From positions 31,868,001-31,932,000 of the forward strand of contig OX597840.1 of assembly GCA_951406725.2 (NCBI GenBank): DNA of 64,000 bases, in the 5' to 3' direction. The notes below the pieces were generated by a model. It saw only the letters and a list, made by a program, of their open reading frames with translations, made no database searches and was not told where the DNA came from. This DNA is from Octopus vulgaris. Its lineage: Eukaryota. The position numbers were made by a program, and so were the translations under genes. Shown piece by piece: positions 1 to 11,139 of the stretch; position 1 is the first letter of the stretch, and every line of letters begins with the position of its first letter.

Positions 1-151
1 ACCGCCGGCGTGCTTCTCTCACCCGAGGTTTGAGATTCTTCATCACCTGAGATGGGTGAATAGGTAATGGGGAAATCCATTTCGAATTTTCCTTCCAGTT
101 TGTATTCACTGCCTTCCAAAGACATTCTGGCTTTGCAGCCGTTAGTAGAAA

Positions 152-192
<41 letters not shown>

Positions 193-414
193 GATGTGTT
201 TCGTACACGAAGGCACACAATAATTCCCCCACGGGGGGGGGAACTACGTACACAACCTTCGCGCGAAGGCCACTAACCGTCTTATTAAAAGACACAAAAT
301 AACAATATTAACACAGCAACAATAAACTACTAACTTTCAATTCAACAACAATATTTCAGACAAAAAACTCACGTTTCGTTTTTGAGTATCAATGAATAAG
401 TCAAAGTAACGTCC
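1..414 (-). mobile_element. 5' end (5'UTR and ORF1 start) of Tx1/L1-clade LINE, array copy 0, truncated by window edge
   Basis: Near-identical to 5285-5691 and 10564-10964; similarity ends at ...AAGTAACGTCC (414). Confidence 0.93.
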
Positions 415-675
415 TATCGGGTGTTTTTTATTATTACCCACAAGGGGCCAACAAAGAGGGGACAATACAACCTGATGTGGGGTCAGATTCACGTATGAGG
501 TTACAAAAGTATGAGTTTAAAAATTTCAAAAATTCACAAAAATTGCAAAAATTATAAAAATCGAATGAGAAAAAACAGACCGGAAGACACTACAGGTGGA
601 GTGGGGGCGGGTTCAGCTCGGACCCCACGAGCCCCGCCTCACCACTGATACTTTTGGTTTCGTTTTGATCTACAT

Positions 676-3600
676 TTATGTGGTGTCATTCATTCTCAAC
701 TTCCGTGCTACATCCTTCCATCGTTCTTCATACACTCTTTTAGTCAGGCATTTTCTCTCCAGCCCTATCTTCCTTTTCAGGTGGTAGATGAAGTAATTCA
801 TCAACCCAGGGCCGGATATGAACTTGCCTGACCGTATACCTTTCATTCTCGTCTTCCATATCACCTCCTTCGCAATTGCTACCACAACGAGAAAACAAGT
901 CTTACCTTCTTTCGCGAGGAAATCTGGTGGGTCAATTTTTTTAATACACTCAGTCGACAGCTGTACTCTTCGTGTGCTTGACAACAGCTGTTCGGCATAA
1001 ACCCACACCTCAGACACGTCCGAACAATGAACAATAGCGTGCGGGACGGTTTCCCTATCCCGCCCGCATCTTGGACACATCGGACTGTCTTGGCCACCGT
1101 GCCTTGCGAGTTTATCCCGAACAGGTAGAGCTCCTCTGTAGCATTGCCATGCCAGAGACTTCTGGAAGTTGTCCAGAGTCTTCGGCTCGAACGTACGTCG
1201 GAACAGACTAGCCAGCTGATTATCGTCGAGACCCAGGGTTTCCCCCAAGGTGTCTTCACATTCCGCCTCTACCAACCCTCTATAGAAGAATGTGGTGGAA
1301 CCCCCACCGCAGGCGTTGCCCGAGCGACGGAATAGCAGGAGGGCCTTTCGACACTCCGTATACCATGTACCGAGTTTCGATCTACGATTCAACCAGGTTT
1401 CCCATCCACCGAAACTAGTGAACTTGGGAAACATCAGTTTTGCTAACGGAGACCACACCCGTTCACCATCCAGGTAGAGCCACAGATGTCTTAACCTCAG
1501 CGCATGTCTGCGCATCATCAGCCAAGGCATCCCTAGCCCACCCTTTAACGGTTGTTGACAGCAAGTAGAGCGTTTCACAAGTGGTTTCCTGCCCTTCCAC
1601 AGGAAGTAGAAGAGCTGTCTTTCCAACTTGGTCAACCACGAATCAGGGCATGGAACGACGGAAAGGCGGTAGATGATAACCGATGCGATAAACACATTGG
1701 CCACCTCCGCCCTCCCTTTCAAGGATAGCCACCGCCTAGACCAGGTCTTGGCTACTGCAGCCACCTTGCTCGTTACCTCGCCCCAATTCTTCTCTATTTG
1801 GAGGTCTGGACCGAACCAGACCCCTAGCAGTTTAATCGGACCCTCCGTCCAACGTCCCACGACGCTGTCAGGAGGCATCGACTTGCCTCTCCAGGTGCCG
1901 AGTTGCAAGCCGACTGACTTTTCGCGATTAACTTTTGCTCCTGTCACCGTCTCGTAATCCTCTATGGCCTTGCCTACTTTACATAGGTGGTCCATTTCGG
2001 TCACGATGATGGTGATGTCGTCCGCGTACGCTGACACTGATTTTCCATTACCTGGCTGTCTCGGGATGCCGCTCAGTTTTCGCAGTAATGGCTCAAGAGC
2101 CATCACGTACAAAAGCGGGGAGAGCGGACACCCTTGACGAACCGAGCGTTTGATTTTGAACGGCTTCGACAAGAAGCCGTTCACCCGAACTACCGAGTCG
2201 ATGTTGTCGTAAATTTGGATAATCCACCTGAGGAAGCCAAGGCCCAGCCCGAACTGTGCCAGAGCAGACACCAGGTAACGATGGTCGACCCTATCAAAAG
2301 CTTTGGATTGGTCTAAATGGACCAGTGCCCCACCCTTGCCAGAATCACTATTAAACCCCTCTATAGTGTACCGCATTAGATGGAGATTATCCTGAATGGT
2401 TCTGCCCGGAACGGCACATGTCTGTGCCTCCCCGATCAGACCATCCGCGACACGCGCCAATCTTTTCGATAACACTTTGGCCAAAATCTTCAACTCTGTG
2501 TTTAGCAGAGTGATGGGCCTGAAATTATCAATGCACTCCCCCTTGCTCGGGTCCTTTCTGACGAGAGTCACCACTCCCCGGCGCACAGATCTGGGTATCA
2601 ACCCGTTCTGCTGCCAGTTCGCATAGACTTCCGCCAGTAGGTGCCCGAACAAGTCTGGCATATTCTTATATAACTCGTAGGGTAGACCATCCAAACCCGG
2701 CGCCTTGCCCGCGCCGCAGTCCGCCATTGCCTCCACCACCTCCTCAGGCGTGATTGGCCCTTCACAGCCCTCCGCATCTCGCCCCGATAGGCGCGGCAGC
2801 CCGTCGAGTAGGTCCGTAAAGGCCCTCCTCCTATCCAGTCCGCCGCACTCACCGAAAAGCTGAGCGAAGTGCTCCTGAAAGGCCTCACACATCTCCTCGG
2901 GTTCGTCTATCAACTCACCTTGTTGGTTCTTCAAAGATCGAATCGTGGCATCGTTGCCATTCCGGGCTTCCACCACTCGGGCCCATCTCACGGCGTTGAT
3001 TCCTTCACATCCCATATGACGGATTCTAGCCCTGACAATGCAGCCCATGTGTTTGGCCTCGAGGTGCTGGTTTAACACCAGTCTCTTGGACGCCACCTGA
3101 GCCGCAGAGCCAGTTTTCATGGCTTCCTCTAATTCCTTAACTAGAGTAGTTTCCCTTCTAGCCTCTCTAGACACTACTCCTATGCTATATCTAATAGACT
3201 CAAACTTGATGGCTCGTTTGAGGGCGTACCACCATTTGTTATTAATGATGGCACCAGACAGCGCCCTCTGAATTATGGTCCTAATCCGGTCTCTGTACTC
3301 CTTAATCGCCAAAAGGGACGTATTAAGTTTCCAGTAACCGGATCCTCTCTTTCTAACCTTATCTATGTCAAGCTTACAAGTGACCATTTTATGATCACTG
3401 TAGCTGATCGGGTAAAACTGTGGACGCTTAGCTATTTTACTGTCTACCTTTCTAATTAGAATTCTATCTATGTATGACCTGGAAGATCCGTCGCTGTTTG
3501 ACCATGTCCACAATGGAGCGTTCGGAAATTCCAACCTATAAGGATCTGCTAGCTCAAAGCGGCTTAGCAGTTCCAGGAAGCATGTGTTACCTTTTCTATC

Positions 3601-4070
3601 ATTCGAGCCAACACAATCTACATCCGCTTTGCAAATTGTGTTAAAGTCTCCTAGCAAACTATTGAATGCGAAGTACCGAGAAAGTTCTCTAGATCACGAT
3701 AATAATCACTTTGCCCATTATTACTGCAGGGTGCGTAAATTGCAACCAGTCTGATAACTTTACCGTTACTGAACGTCAAATCCATGACGACCAGCCTACC
3801 TTCTGGGTCTGAAAAAATTAACTTTTTCTCAAAAACCCGGTTTCTTTTTAGTAGGACCAACACCCCACTCCCGCCTGCAGGACTGCCAGGAGAGAAAAAA
3901 CTCTCGTAGCCGTCAAACAGTGGGAGTAGATCTCTTGGCCCCTTTAACCGGGTTTCTGTAGCAACAATAACATCCAAATTGCGCGACCTGATATCATTAA
4001 GGAAGCGACCTTGCTTCCCGCTTGATCCCAGGCCGCGCACATTTAAACAACCAACACAAATGTAGTTCAT
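676..4070 (-). CDS. ORF2 (APE endonuclease, reverse transcriptase, C-terminal Cys/His finger), copy 1, split by a 1-bp deletion near 3656
   Basis: ORFs 3651-4073 and 676-3657 together equal the 1132-aa ORF of copy 2; AGCAAACT here versus AGCATAACT in copy 2. Confidence 0.92.
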
Positions 4071-4078
4071 CACTTACC

Positions 4079-5409
4079 TTATATCGGTAGTTTGGCTTTT
4101 TCGGCGGTTTCGCCTTCTTCTTCATTTTTTTTTTCTTTGGCTCGTGGGGGAGTCCGACGTAGGCCCTCGTATAGATATGGAGACATGTCCAGTCTCAGAG
4201 GGCCCACGTCGTGGAAGAACTCGGATTTTATCCTCCTGTAGTCCTTCCGGCCTATTTTATATATGATGAAGTCTTTCATCTTCCTTACACGTTCCACCTT
4301 GGCCATGGCTGCCAACACATTGACAAGTCTGTTGTTAGTAGCCTTAATGGCCATAAATGAAGAAGTAACCTCTTTCCTTTTCTTTAGGTTTTCTTCTTCT
4401 TGAGGGGTGGTTTCAGTTTTCCGTTTTTTTTTGGTAACTTTAGACCACCCCTCCTCTTTTTCGTTTTCTTTTTCCTTTTCTGCAGCTTTTTCCACCTCTT
4501 TGGTTTCCTTTTTTCCTCCGTTTCTTCTTTCTCCGACGGTTCTTCTGTCTGCGGTTTCGGTTGACACTCCGCTCTCACGTGCCCCTTCTTTCCGCAGCCG
4601 AAGCACCTCGGTTTTCTTCCTTCTACAAATACTAGAACTCGCTCCTCCTCATCTAGCCTCAGCACCTCTGGTATTTCTTCCAGAGTCTGGGCCTCTGCTT
4701 GTATAGCCATTGTTATGATCTGGCCCTGCCAAAATCCCTCCTCCTCCACTGTAGCTTGGAGGATGTTGATTTTTTCTTTCAGGCCCAGCATCACTGCCGC
4801 CACCAGGCATGAGGCGTCTGCCTCTGGGGGAATATTTCTCATTACTATCTTTGAAGTCCTTCTTCCTTTGTACAAGGGTAGAAGGACTAGATTTCCCGCT
4901 TTCTGAGGTTCTGTGGATAGCTTCTTAGCTATTTCTTCGGTTCTGAACCTCACTTCTACTGTTCCGAACCGTCTTCCTCTATTTATGTAAGTGATATCTT
5001 TTCTGATTGTCTTCAGGCACTCCTCTATTTTGCATTCTTCCACTTTTTGTATGCTTTTTGTAGTCGTGCTGTATGTCTTGTATATAATTCTTTTCTTTTC
5101 TATCTCTTCCTTTTTTTCCATATCTTTTTTCACTGCAATTTCATTTCCTTCTTTCTTTAGAAGGTCTTCATATTTCTCTAGGTTTTCTATATCTATATCT
5201 TTCTGTTTGCGTCCAACAACTTCCGCAAACTTCTTTGTTGGGGCCTTTTGTTCTGGCGTTACCGCCGATTCTTTTTCCGGTGTCACCGCCGGCGTGCTTC
5301 TCTCACCCGAGGTTTGAGATTCTTCATCACCTGAAATGGGTGAATAGGTAATGGGGAAATCCATTTCGAATTTTCCTTCCAGTTTGTATTCACTGCCTTC
5401 CAAAGACAT
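4079..5409 (-). CDS. ORF1 (gag-like, RRM-like region plus CCHC zinc knuckle), copy 1, frameshift in a T run near 4510
   Basis: Starts MSLEGSEYKLEG; contains CFGCGKKGHVRAEC; T6 versus T7 in copy 2; ends AEKAKLPI* 8 nt before the ORF2 ATG. Confidence 0.85.
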
Positions 5410-5435
5410 TCTGGCTTTGCAGCCGTTAGTAGAAA

Positions 5436-5467
<32 letters not shown>

Positions 5468-5953
5468 GTTTTTGAATGTGTTTCGTACACGAAGGCACAC
5501 AATAATTCCCCCGCGGGGGGGGAACTACGTACACAACCTTCGCGCGAAGGCCACTAACCGTCTTATTGAAAAGACACAAAATAACAATATTAACACAGCA
5601 ACAATAAACTACTAACTTTCAACAACACTATTTCAGACAAAAAACTCACGTTTCGTTTTTGAGAATCAATGAATAAGTCAAAGTAACGTCCTTATCAGTG
5701 TTTTATTTTATTTACCCACAAGGGGCCAACAAAGAGGGGACAATACAACCTGATGTGGGGTCAGATTCACGTATGAGGTTACAAAAGTATGAGTTTAAAA
5801 ATTTCAAAAATTTACAAAAATTGCAAAAATTATAAAAATCGAATGAGAAAAAACAGACCGGAAGACACTACAGGTGGAGTGGGGGCGGGTTCAGCTCGGA
5901 CCCCACGAGCCCCGCCTCACCACTGATACTTTTGGTTTCGTTTTGATCTACAT

Positions 5954-8900
5954 TTATGTGGTGTCATCCATTCTCAACTTCCGTGCTACATCCTTCCATC
6001 GTTCTTCATACACTCTTTTAGTCAGGCATTTTCTCTCCAGCCCTATCTTCCTTTTCAGGTGGTAGATGAAGTAATTCATCAACCCAGGGCCGGATATGAA
6101 CTTGCCTGACCGTATACCTTTCATTCTCGTCTTCCATATCACCTCCTTCGCAATTGCTACCACAACGAGAAAACAAGTCTTACCTTCTTTCGCGAGGAAA
6201 TCTGGTGGGTCAATTTTTTTAATACACTCAGTCGACAGCTGTACTCTTCGTGTGCTTGACAACAGCTGTTCGGCATAAACCCACACCTCAGACACGTCCG
6301 AACAATGAACAATAGCGTGCGGGACGGTTTCCCTATCCCGCCCGCATCTTGGACACATCGGACTGTCTTGGCCACCGTGCCTTGCGAGTTTATCCCGAAC
6401 AGGTAGAGCTCCTCTGTAGCATTGCCATGCCAGAGACTTCTGGAAGTTGTCCAGAGTCTTCGGCTCGAACGTACGTCGGAACAGACTAGCCAGCTGATTA
6501 TCGTCGAGACCCAGGGTTTCCCCCAAGGTGTCTTCACATTCCGCCTCTACCAACCCTCTATAGAAGAATGTGGTGGAACCCCCACCGCAGGCGTTGCCCG
6601 AGCGACGGAATAGCAGGAGGGCCTTTCGACACTCCGTATACCATGTACCGAGTTTCGATCTACGATTCAACCAGGTTTCCCATCCACCGAAACTAGTGAA
6701 CTTGGGAAACATCAGTTTTGCTAACGGAGACCACACCCGTTCACCATCCAGGTAGAGCCACAGATGTCTTAACCTCAGCGCATGTCTGCGCATCATCAGC
6801 CAAGGCATCCCTAGCCCACCCTTTAACGGTTGTTGACAGCAAGTAGAGCGTTTCACAAGTGGTTTCCTGCCCTTCCACAGGAAGTAGAAGAGCTGTCTTT
6901 CCAACTTGGTCAACCACGAATCAGGGCATGGAACGACGGAAAGGCGGTAGATGATAACCGATGCGATAAACACATTGGCCACCTCCGCCCTCCCTTTCAA
7001 GGATAGCCACCGCCTAGACCAGGTCTTGGCTACTGCAGCCACCTTGCTCGTTACCTCGCCCCAATTCTTCTCTATTTGGAGGTCTGGACCGAACCAGACC
7101 CCTAGCAGTTTAATCGGACCCTCCGTCCAACGTCCCACGACGCTGTCGGGAGGCATCGACTTGCCTCTCCAGGTGCCGAGTTGCAAGCCGACTGACTTTT
7201 CGCGATTAACTTTTGCTCCTGTCACCGTCTCGTAATCCTCTATGGCCTTGCCTACTTTACATAGGTGGTCCATTTCGGTCACGATGATGGTGATGTCGTC
7301 CGCGTACGCTGACACTGATTTTCCATTACCTGGCTGTCTCGGGATGCCGCTCAGTTTTCGCAGTAATGGCTCAAGAGCCATCACGTACAAAAGCGGGGAG
7401 AGCGGACACCCTTGACGAACCGAGCGTTTGATTTTGAACGGCTTCGACAAGAAGCCGTTCACCCGAACTACCGAGTCGATGTTGTCGTAAATTTGGATAA
7501 TCCACCTGAGGAAGCCAAGGCCCAGCCCGAACTGTGCCAGAGCAGACACCAGGTAACGATGGTCGACCCTATCAAAAGCTTTGGATTGGTCTAAATGGAC
7601 CAGTGCCCCACCCTTGCCAGAATCACTATTAAACCCCTCTATAGTGTACCGCATTAGATGGAGATTATCCTGAATGGTTCTGCCCGGAACGGCACATGTC
7701 TGTGCCTCCCCGATCAGACCATCCGCGACACGCGCCAATCTTTTCGATAACACTTTGGCCAAAATCTTCAACTCTGTGTTTAGCAGAGTGATGGGCCTGA
7801 AATTATCAATGCACTCCCCCTTGCTCGGGTCCTTTCTGACGAGAGTCACCACTCCCCGGCGCACAGATCTGGGTATCAACCCGTTCTGCTGCCAGTTCGC
7901 ATAGACTTCCGCCAGTAGGTGCCCGAACAAGTCTGGCATATTCTTATATAACTCGTAGGGTAGACCATCCAAACCCGGCGCCTTGCCCGCGCCGCAGTCC
8001 GCCATTGCCTCCACCACCTCCTCAGGCGTGATTGGCCCTTCACAGCCCTCCGCATCTCGCCCCGATAGGCGCGGCAGCCCGTCGAGTAGGTCCGTAAAGG
8101 CCCTCCTCCTATCCAGTCCGCCGCACTCACCGAAAAGCTGAGCGAAGTGCTCCTGAAAGGCCTCACACATCTCCTCGGGTTCGTCTATCAACTCACCTTG
8201 TTGGTTCTTCAAAGATCGAATCGTGGCATCGTTGCCATTCCGGGCTTCCACCACTCGGGCCCATCTCACGGCGTTGATTCCTTCACATCCCATATGACGG
8301 ATTCTAGCCCTGACAATGCAACCCATGTGTTTGGCCTCGAGGTGCTGGTTTAACACCAGTCTCTTGGACGCCACCTGAGCCGCAGAGCCAGTTTTCATGG
8401 CTTCCTCTAATTCCTTAACTAGAGTAGTTTCCCTTCTAGCCTCTCTAGACACTACTCCTATGCTATATCTAATAGACTCAAACTTGATGGCTCGTTTGAG
8501 GGCGTACCACCATTTGTTATTAATGATGGCACCAGACAGCGCCCTCTGAATTATGGTCCTAATCCGGTCTCTGTACTCCTTAATCGCCAAAAGGGACGTA
8601 TTAAGTTTCCAGTAACCGGATCCTCTCTTTCTAACCTTATCTATGTCAAGCTTACAAGTGACCATTTTATGATCACTGTAGCTGATCGGGTAAAACTGTG
8701 GACGCTTAGCTATTTTACTGTCTACCTTTCTAATTAGAATTCTATCTATGTATGACCTGGAAGATCCGTCGCTGTTTGACCATGTCCACAATGGAGCGTT
8801 CGGAAATTCCAACCTATAAGGATCTGCTAGCTCAAAGCGGCTTAGCAGTTCCAGGAAGCATGTGTTACCTTTTCTATCATTCGAGCCAACACAATCTACA

Positions 8901-9349
8901 TCCGCTTTGCAAATTGTGTTAAAGTCTCCTAGCATAACTATTGAATGCGAAGTACCGAGAAAGTTCTCTAGATCACGATAATAATCACTTTGCCCATTAT
9001 TACTGCAGGGTGCGTAAATTGCAACCAGTCTGATAACTTTACCGTTACTGAACGTCAAATCCATGACGACCAGCCTACCTTCTGGGTCTGAAAAAATTAA
9101 CTTTTTCTCAAAAACCCGGTTTCTTTTTAGTAGGACCAACACCCCACTCCCGCCTGCAGGACTGCCAGGAGAGAAAAAACTCTCGTAGCCGTCAAACAGT
9201 GGGAGTAGATCTCTTGGCCCCTTTAACCGGGTTTCTGTAGCAACAATAACATCCAAATTGCGCGACCTGATATCATTAAGGAAGCGACCTTGCTTCCCGC
9301 TTGATCCCAGGCCGCGCACATTTAAACAACCAACAGAAATGTAGTTCAT
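5954..9349 (-). CDS. Intact ORF2 polyprotein (about 1131 aa): APE endonuclease, RT, zf-RVT-like finger
   Basis: APE motifs LNVRGL, ETRL, IYAP, GDFN, YIDRIL, SDHK; L1/Tx1-type GYWKLN; RT motifs PGLDGL, FRPITLLN, LDQSKAFDRV, RQGCPLSP, YADD; C-terminal CPRCGRDRETVPHAIVHC. Confidence 0.97.
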   Translation of the reverse strand: MNYISVGCLNVRGLGSSGKQGRFLNDIRSRNLDVIVATETRLKGPRDLLPLFDGYESFFSPGSPAGGSGVLVLLKRNRVFEKKLIFSDPEGRLVVMDLTFSNGKVIRLVAIYAPCSNNGQSDYYRDLENFLGTSHSIVMLGDFNTICKADVDCVGSNDRKGNTCFLELLSRFELADPYRLEFPNAPLWTWSNSDGSSRSYIDRILIRKVDSKIAKRPQFYPISYSDHKMVTCKLDIDKVRKRGSGYWKLNTSLLAIKEYRDRIRTIIQRALSGAIINNKWWYALKRAIKFESIRYSIGVVSREARRETTLVKELEEAMKTGSAAQVASKRLVLNQHLEAKHMGCIVRARIRHMGCEGINAVRWARVVEARNGNDATIRSLKNQQGELIDEPEEMCEAFQEHFAQLFGECGGLDRRRAFTDLLDGLPRLSGRDAEGCEGPITPEEVVEAMADCGAGKAPGLDGLPYELYKNMPDLFGHLLAEVYANWQQNGLIPRSVRRGVVTLVRKDPSKGECIDNFRPITLLNTELKILAKVLSKRLARVADGLIGEAQTCAVPGRTIQDNLHLMRYTIEGFNSDSGKGGALVHLDQSKAFDRVDHRYLVSALAQFGLGLGFLRWIIQIYDNIDSVVRVNGFLSKPFKIKRSVRQGCPLSPLLYVMALEPLLRKLSGIPRQPGNGKSVSAYADDITIIVTEMDHLCKVGKAIEDYETVTGAKVNREKSVGLQLGTWRGKSMPPDSVVGRWTEGPIKLLGVWFGPDLQIEKNWGEVTSKVAAVAKTWSRRWLSLKGRAEVANVFIASVIIYRLSVVPCPDSWLTKLERQLFYFLWKGRKPLVKRSTCCQQPLKGGLGMPWLMMRRHALRLRHLWLYLDGERVWSPLAKLMFPKFTSFGGWETWLNRRSKLGTWYTECRKALLLFRRSGNACGGGSTTFFYRGLVEAECEDTLGETLGLDDNQLASLFRRTFEPKTLDNFQKSLAWQCYRGALPVRDKLARHGGQDSPMCPRCGRDRETVPHAIVHCSDVSEVWVYAEQLLSSTRRVQLSTECIKKIDPPDFLAKEGKTCFLVVVAIAKEVIWKTRMKGIRSGKFISGPGLMNYFIYHLKRKIGLERKCLTKRVYEERWKDVARKLRMDDTT

Positions 9350-9357
9350 CACTTACC

Positions 9358-10688
9358 TTATATCGGTAGTTTGGCTTTTTCGGCGGTTTCGCCTTCTTCT
9401 TCATTTTTTTTTCTTTGGCTCGTGGGGGAGTCCGACGTAGGCCCTCGTATAGATATGGAGACATGTCCAGTCTCAGAGGGCCCACGTCGTGGAAGAACTC
9501 GGATTTTATCCTCCTGTAGTCCTTCCGGCCTATTTTATATATGATGAAGTCTTTCATCTTCCTTACACGTTCCACCTTGGCCATGGCTGCCAACACATTG
9601 ACAAGTCTGTTGTTAGTAGCCTTAATGGCCATAAATGAAGAAGTAACCTCTTTCCTTTTCTTTAGGTTTTCTTCTTCTTGAGGGGTGGTTTCAGTTTTCC
9701 GTTTTTTTTTGGTAACTTTAGACCACCCCTCCTCTTTTTCGTTTTCTTTTTCCTTTTCTGCAGCTTTTTCCACCTCTTTGGTTTCCTTTTTTTCCTCCGT
9801 TTCTTCTTTCTCCGACGGTTCTTCTGTCTGCGGTTTCGGTTGACACTCCGCTCTCACGTGCCCCTTCTTTCCGCAGCCGAAGCACCTCGGTTTTCTTCCT
9901 TCTACAAATACTAGAACTCGCTCCTCCTCATCTAGCCTCAGCACCTCTGGTATTTCTTCCAGAGTCTGGGCCTCTGCTTGTATAGCCATTGTTATGATCT
10001 GGCCCTGCCAAAATCCCTCCTCCTCCACTGTAGCTTGGAGGATGTTGATTTTTTCTTTCAGGCCCAGCATCACTGCCGCCACCAGGCATGAGGCGTCTGC
10101 CTCTGGGGGAATATTTCTCATTACTATCTTTGAAGTCCTTCTTCCTTTGTACAAGGGTAGAAGGACTAGATTTCCCGCTTTCTGAGGTTCTGTGGATAGC
10201 TTCTTAGCTATTTCTTCTGTTCTGAACCTCACTTCTACTGTTCCGAACCGTCTTCCTCTATTGATGTAAGTGATATCTTTTCTGATTGTCTTCAGGCACT
10301 CCTCTATTTTGCATTCTTCCACTTTTTGTATGCTTTTTGTAGTCGTGCTGTATGTCTTGTATATAATTCTTTTCTTTTCTATCTCTTCCTTTTTTTCCAT
10401 ATCTTTTTTCACTGCAATTTCATTTCCTTCTTTCTTTAGAAGGTCTTCATATTTCTCTAGGTTTTCTATATCTATATCTTTCTGTTTGCGTCCAACAACT
10501 TCCGCAAACTTCTTTGTTGGGGCCTTTTGTTCTGGCGTTACCGCCGATTCTTTTTCCGGTGTCACCGCCGGCGTGCTTCTCTCACCCGAGGTTTGAGATT
10601 CTTCATCACCTGAAATGGGTGAATAGGTAATGGGGAAATCCATTTCGAATTTTCCTTCCAGTTTGTATTCACTGCCTTCCAAAGACAT
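9358..10688 (-). CDS. ORF1 (about 443 aa when the two copies are reconciled), CCHC knuckle; 1-bp-short T run near 9408 shifts the C-terminus
   Basis: ATG at 10688 just downstream of the internal A tract; CFGCGKKGHVRAEC; copy 1 shows the likely true C-terminus. Confidence 0.85.
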
Positions 10689-11139
10689 TCTGGCTTTGCA
10701 GCCGTTAGTAGAAAATATTTTTTTTTTTTTTTTTTTTTTTGTTTTTGAATGTGTTTCGTACACGAAGGCACACAATAATTCCCCCACGGGGGGGGAACTA
10801 CGTACACAACCTTCGCGCGAAGGCCACTAACCGTCTTATTGAAAAGACACAAAATAACAATATTAACACAGCAACAATAAACTACTAACTTTCAACAACA
10901 CTATTTCAGACAAAAAACTCACGTTTCGTTTTTGAGAATCAATGAATAAGTCAAAGTAACGTCCTGTCGGGTTCACGACTGCATAATGTTGGGTTCTGCA
11001 TTTTTTTTTTTCAAGAGGATTCCACGTTTAAATAAGAAATGAAAATCATTTAAGTTAATCATGCAATTTTGGGAATATTCCATTTTTTACTGATATATAC
11101 TACAATAACAAAGAAATTATTTAAGATTTTAGATTTATG

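Larger units (their letters stand above)
424..5691 (-). mobile_element. Full-length Tx1/L1-clade non-LTR retrotransposon, array copy 1 (two 1-bp frameshifts)
   Basis: Direct repeat of 5701-10964 with 5'UTR, ORF1, ORF2 and 3'UTR ending in a short A-rich tail. Confidence 0.95.
5701..10964 (-). mobile_element. Full-length Tx1/L1-clade non-LTR retrotransposon, array copy 2 (outermost 5' copy)
   Basis: Intact ORF2; ORF1 with one homopolymer indel; similarity to the other copies stops at 10964. Confidence 0.95.

Noticed and set aside
5680-5705. CTTATCAGT at junction 2 resembles U2 snRNA, the target of Keno-type Tx1 elements
   Set aside because: Only about 9-12 nt, antisense to the element, absent from the other junctions, and no flanking U2 gene.
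9276-9410. ORF1/ORF2 overlap or programmed frameshift
   Set aside because: Copy 1 has one more base in the homopolymer and stops cleanly before ORF2, so a simple indel or sequencing error is more likely.
10689-10787. Lys-rich N-terminal extension of ORF1 in the ORF track
   Set aside because: It comes from the variable-length UTR A tract and non-ATG starts; the first ATG is at 10688.
1-10964. Telomeric HeT-A/TART-like retrotransposon array
   Set aside because: The 5' ends face ordinary repeat-rich interior DNA, with no telomeric repeats adjacent and no 5' truncation; chromosome position is unknown.
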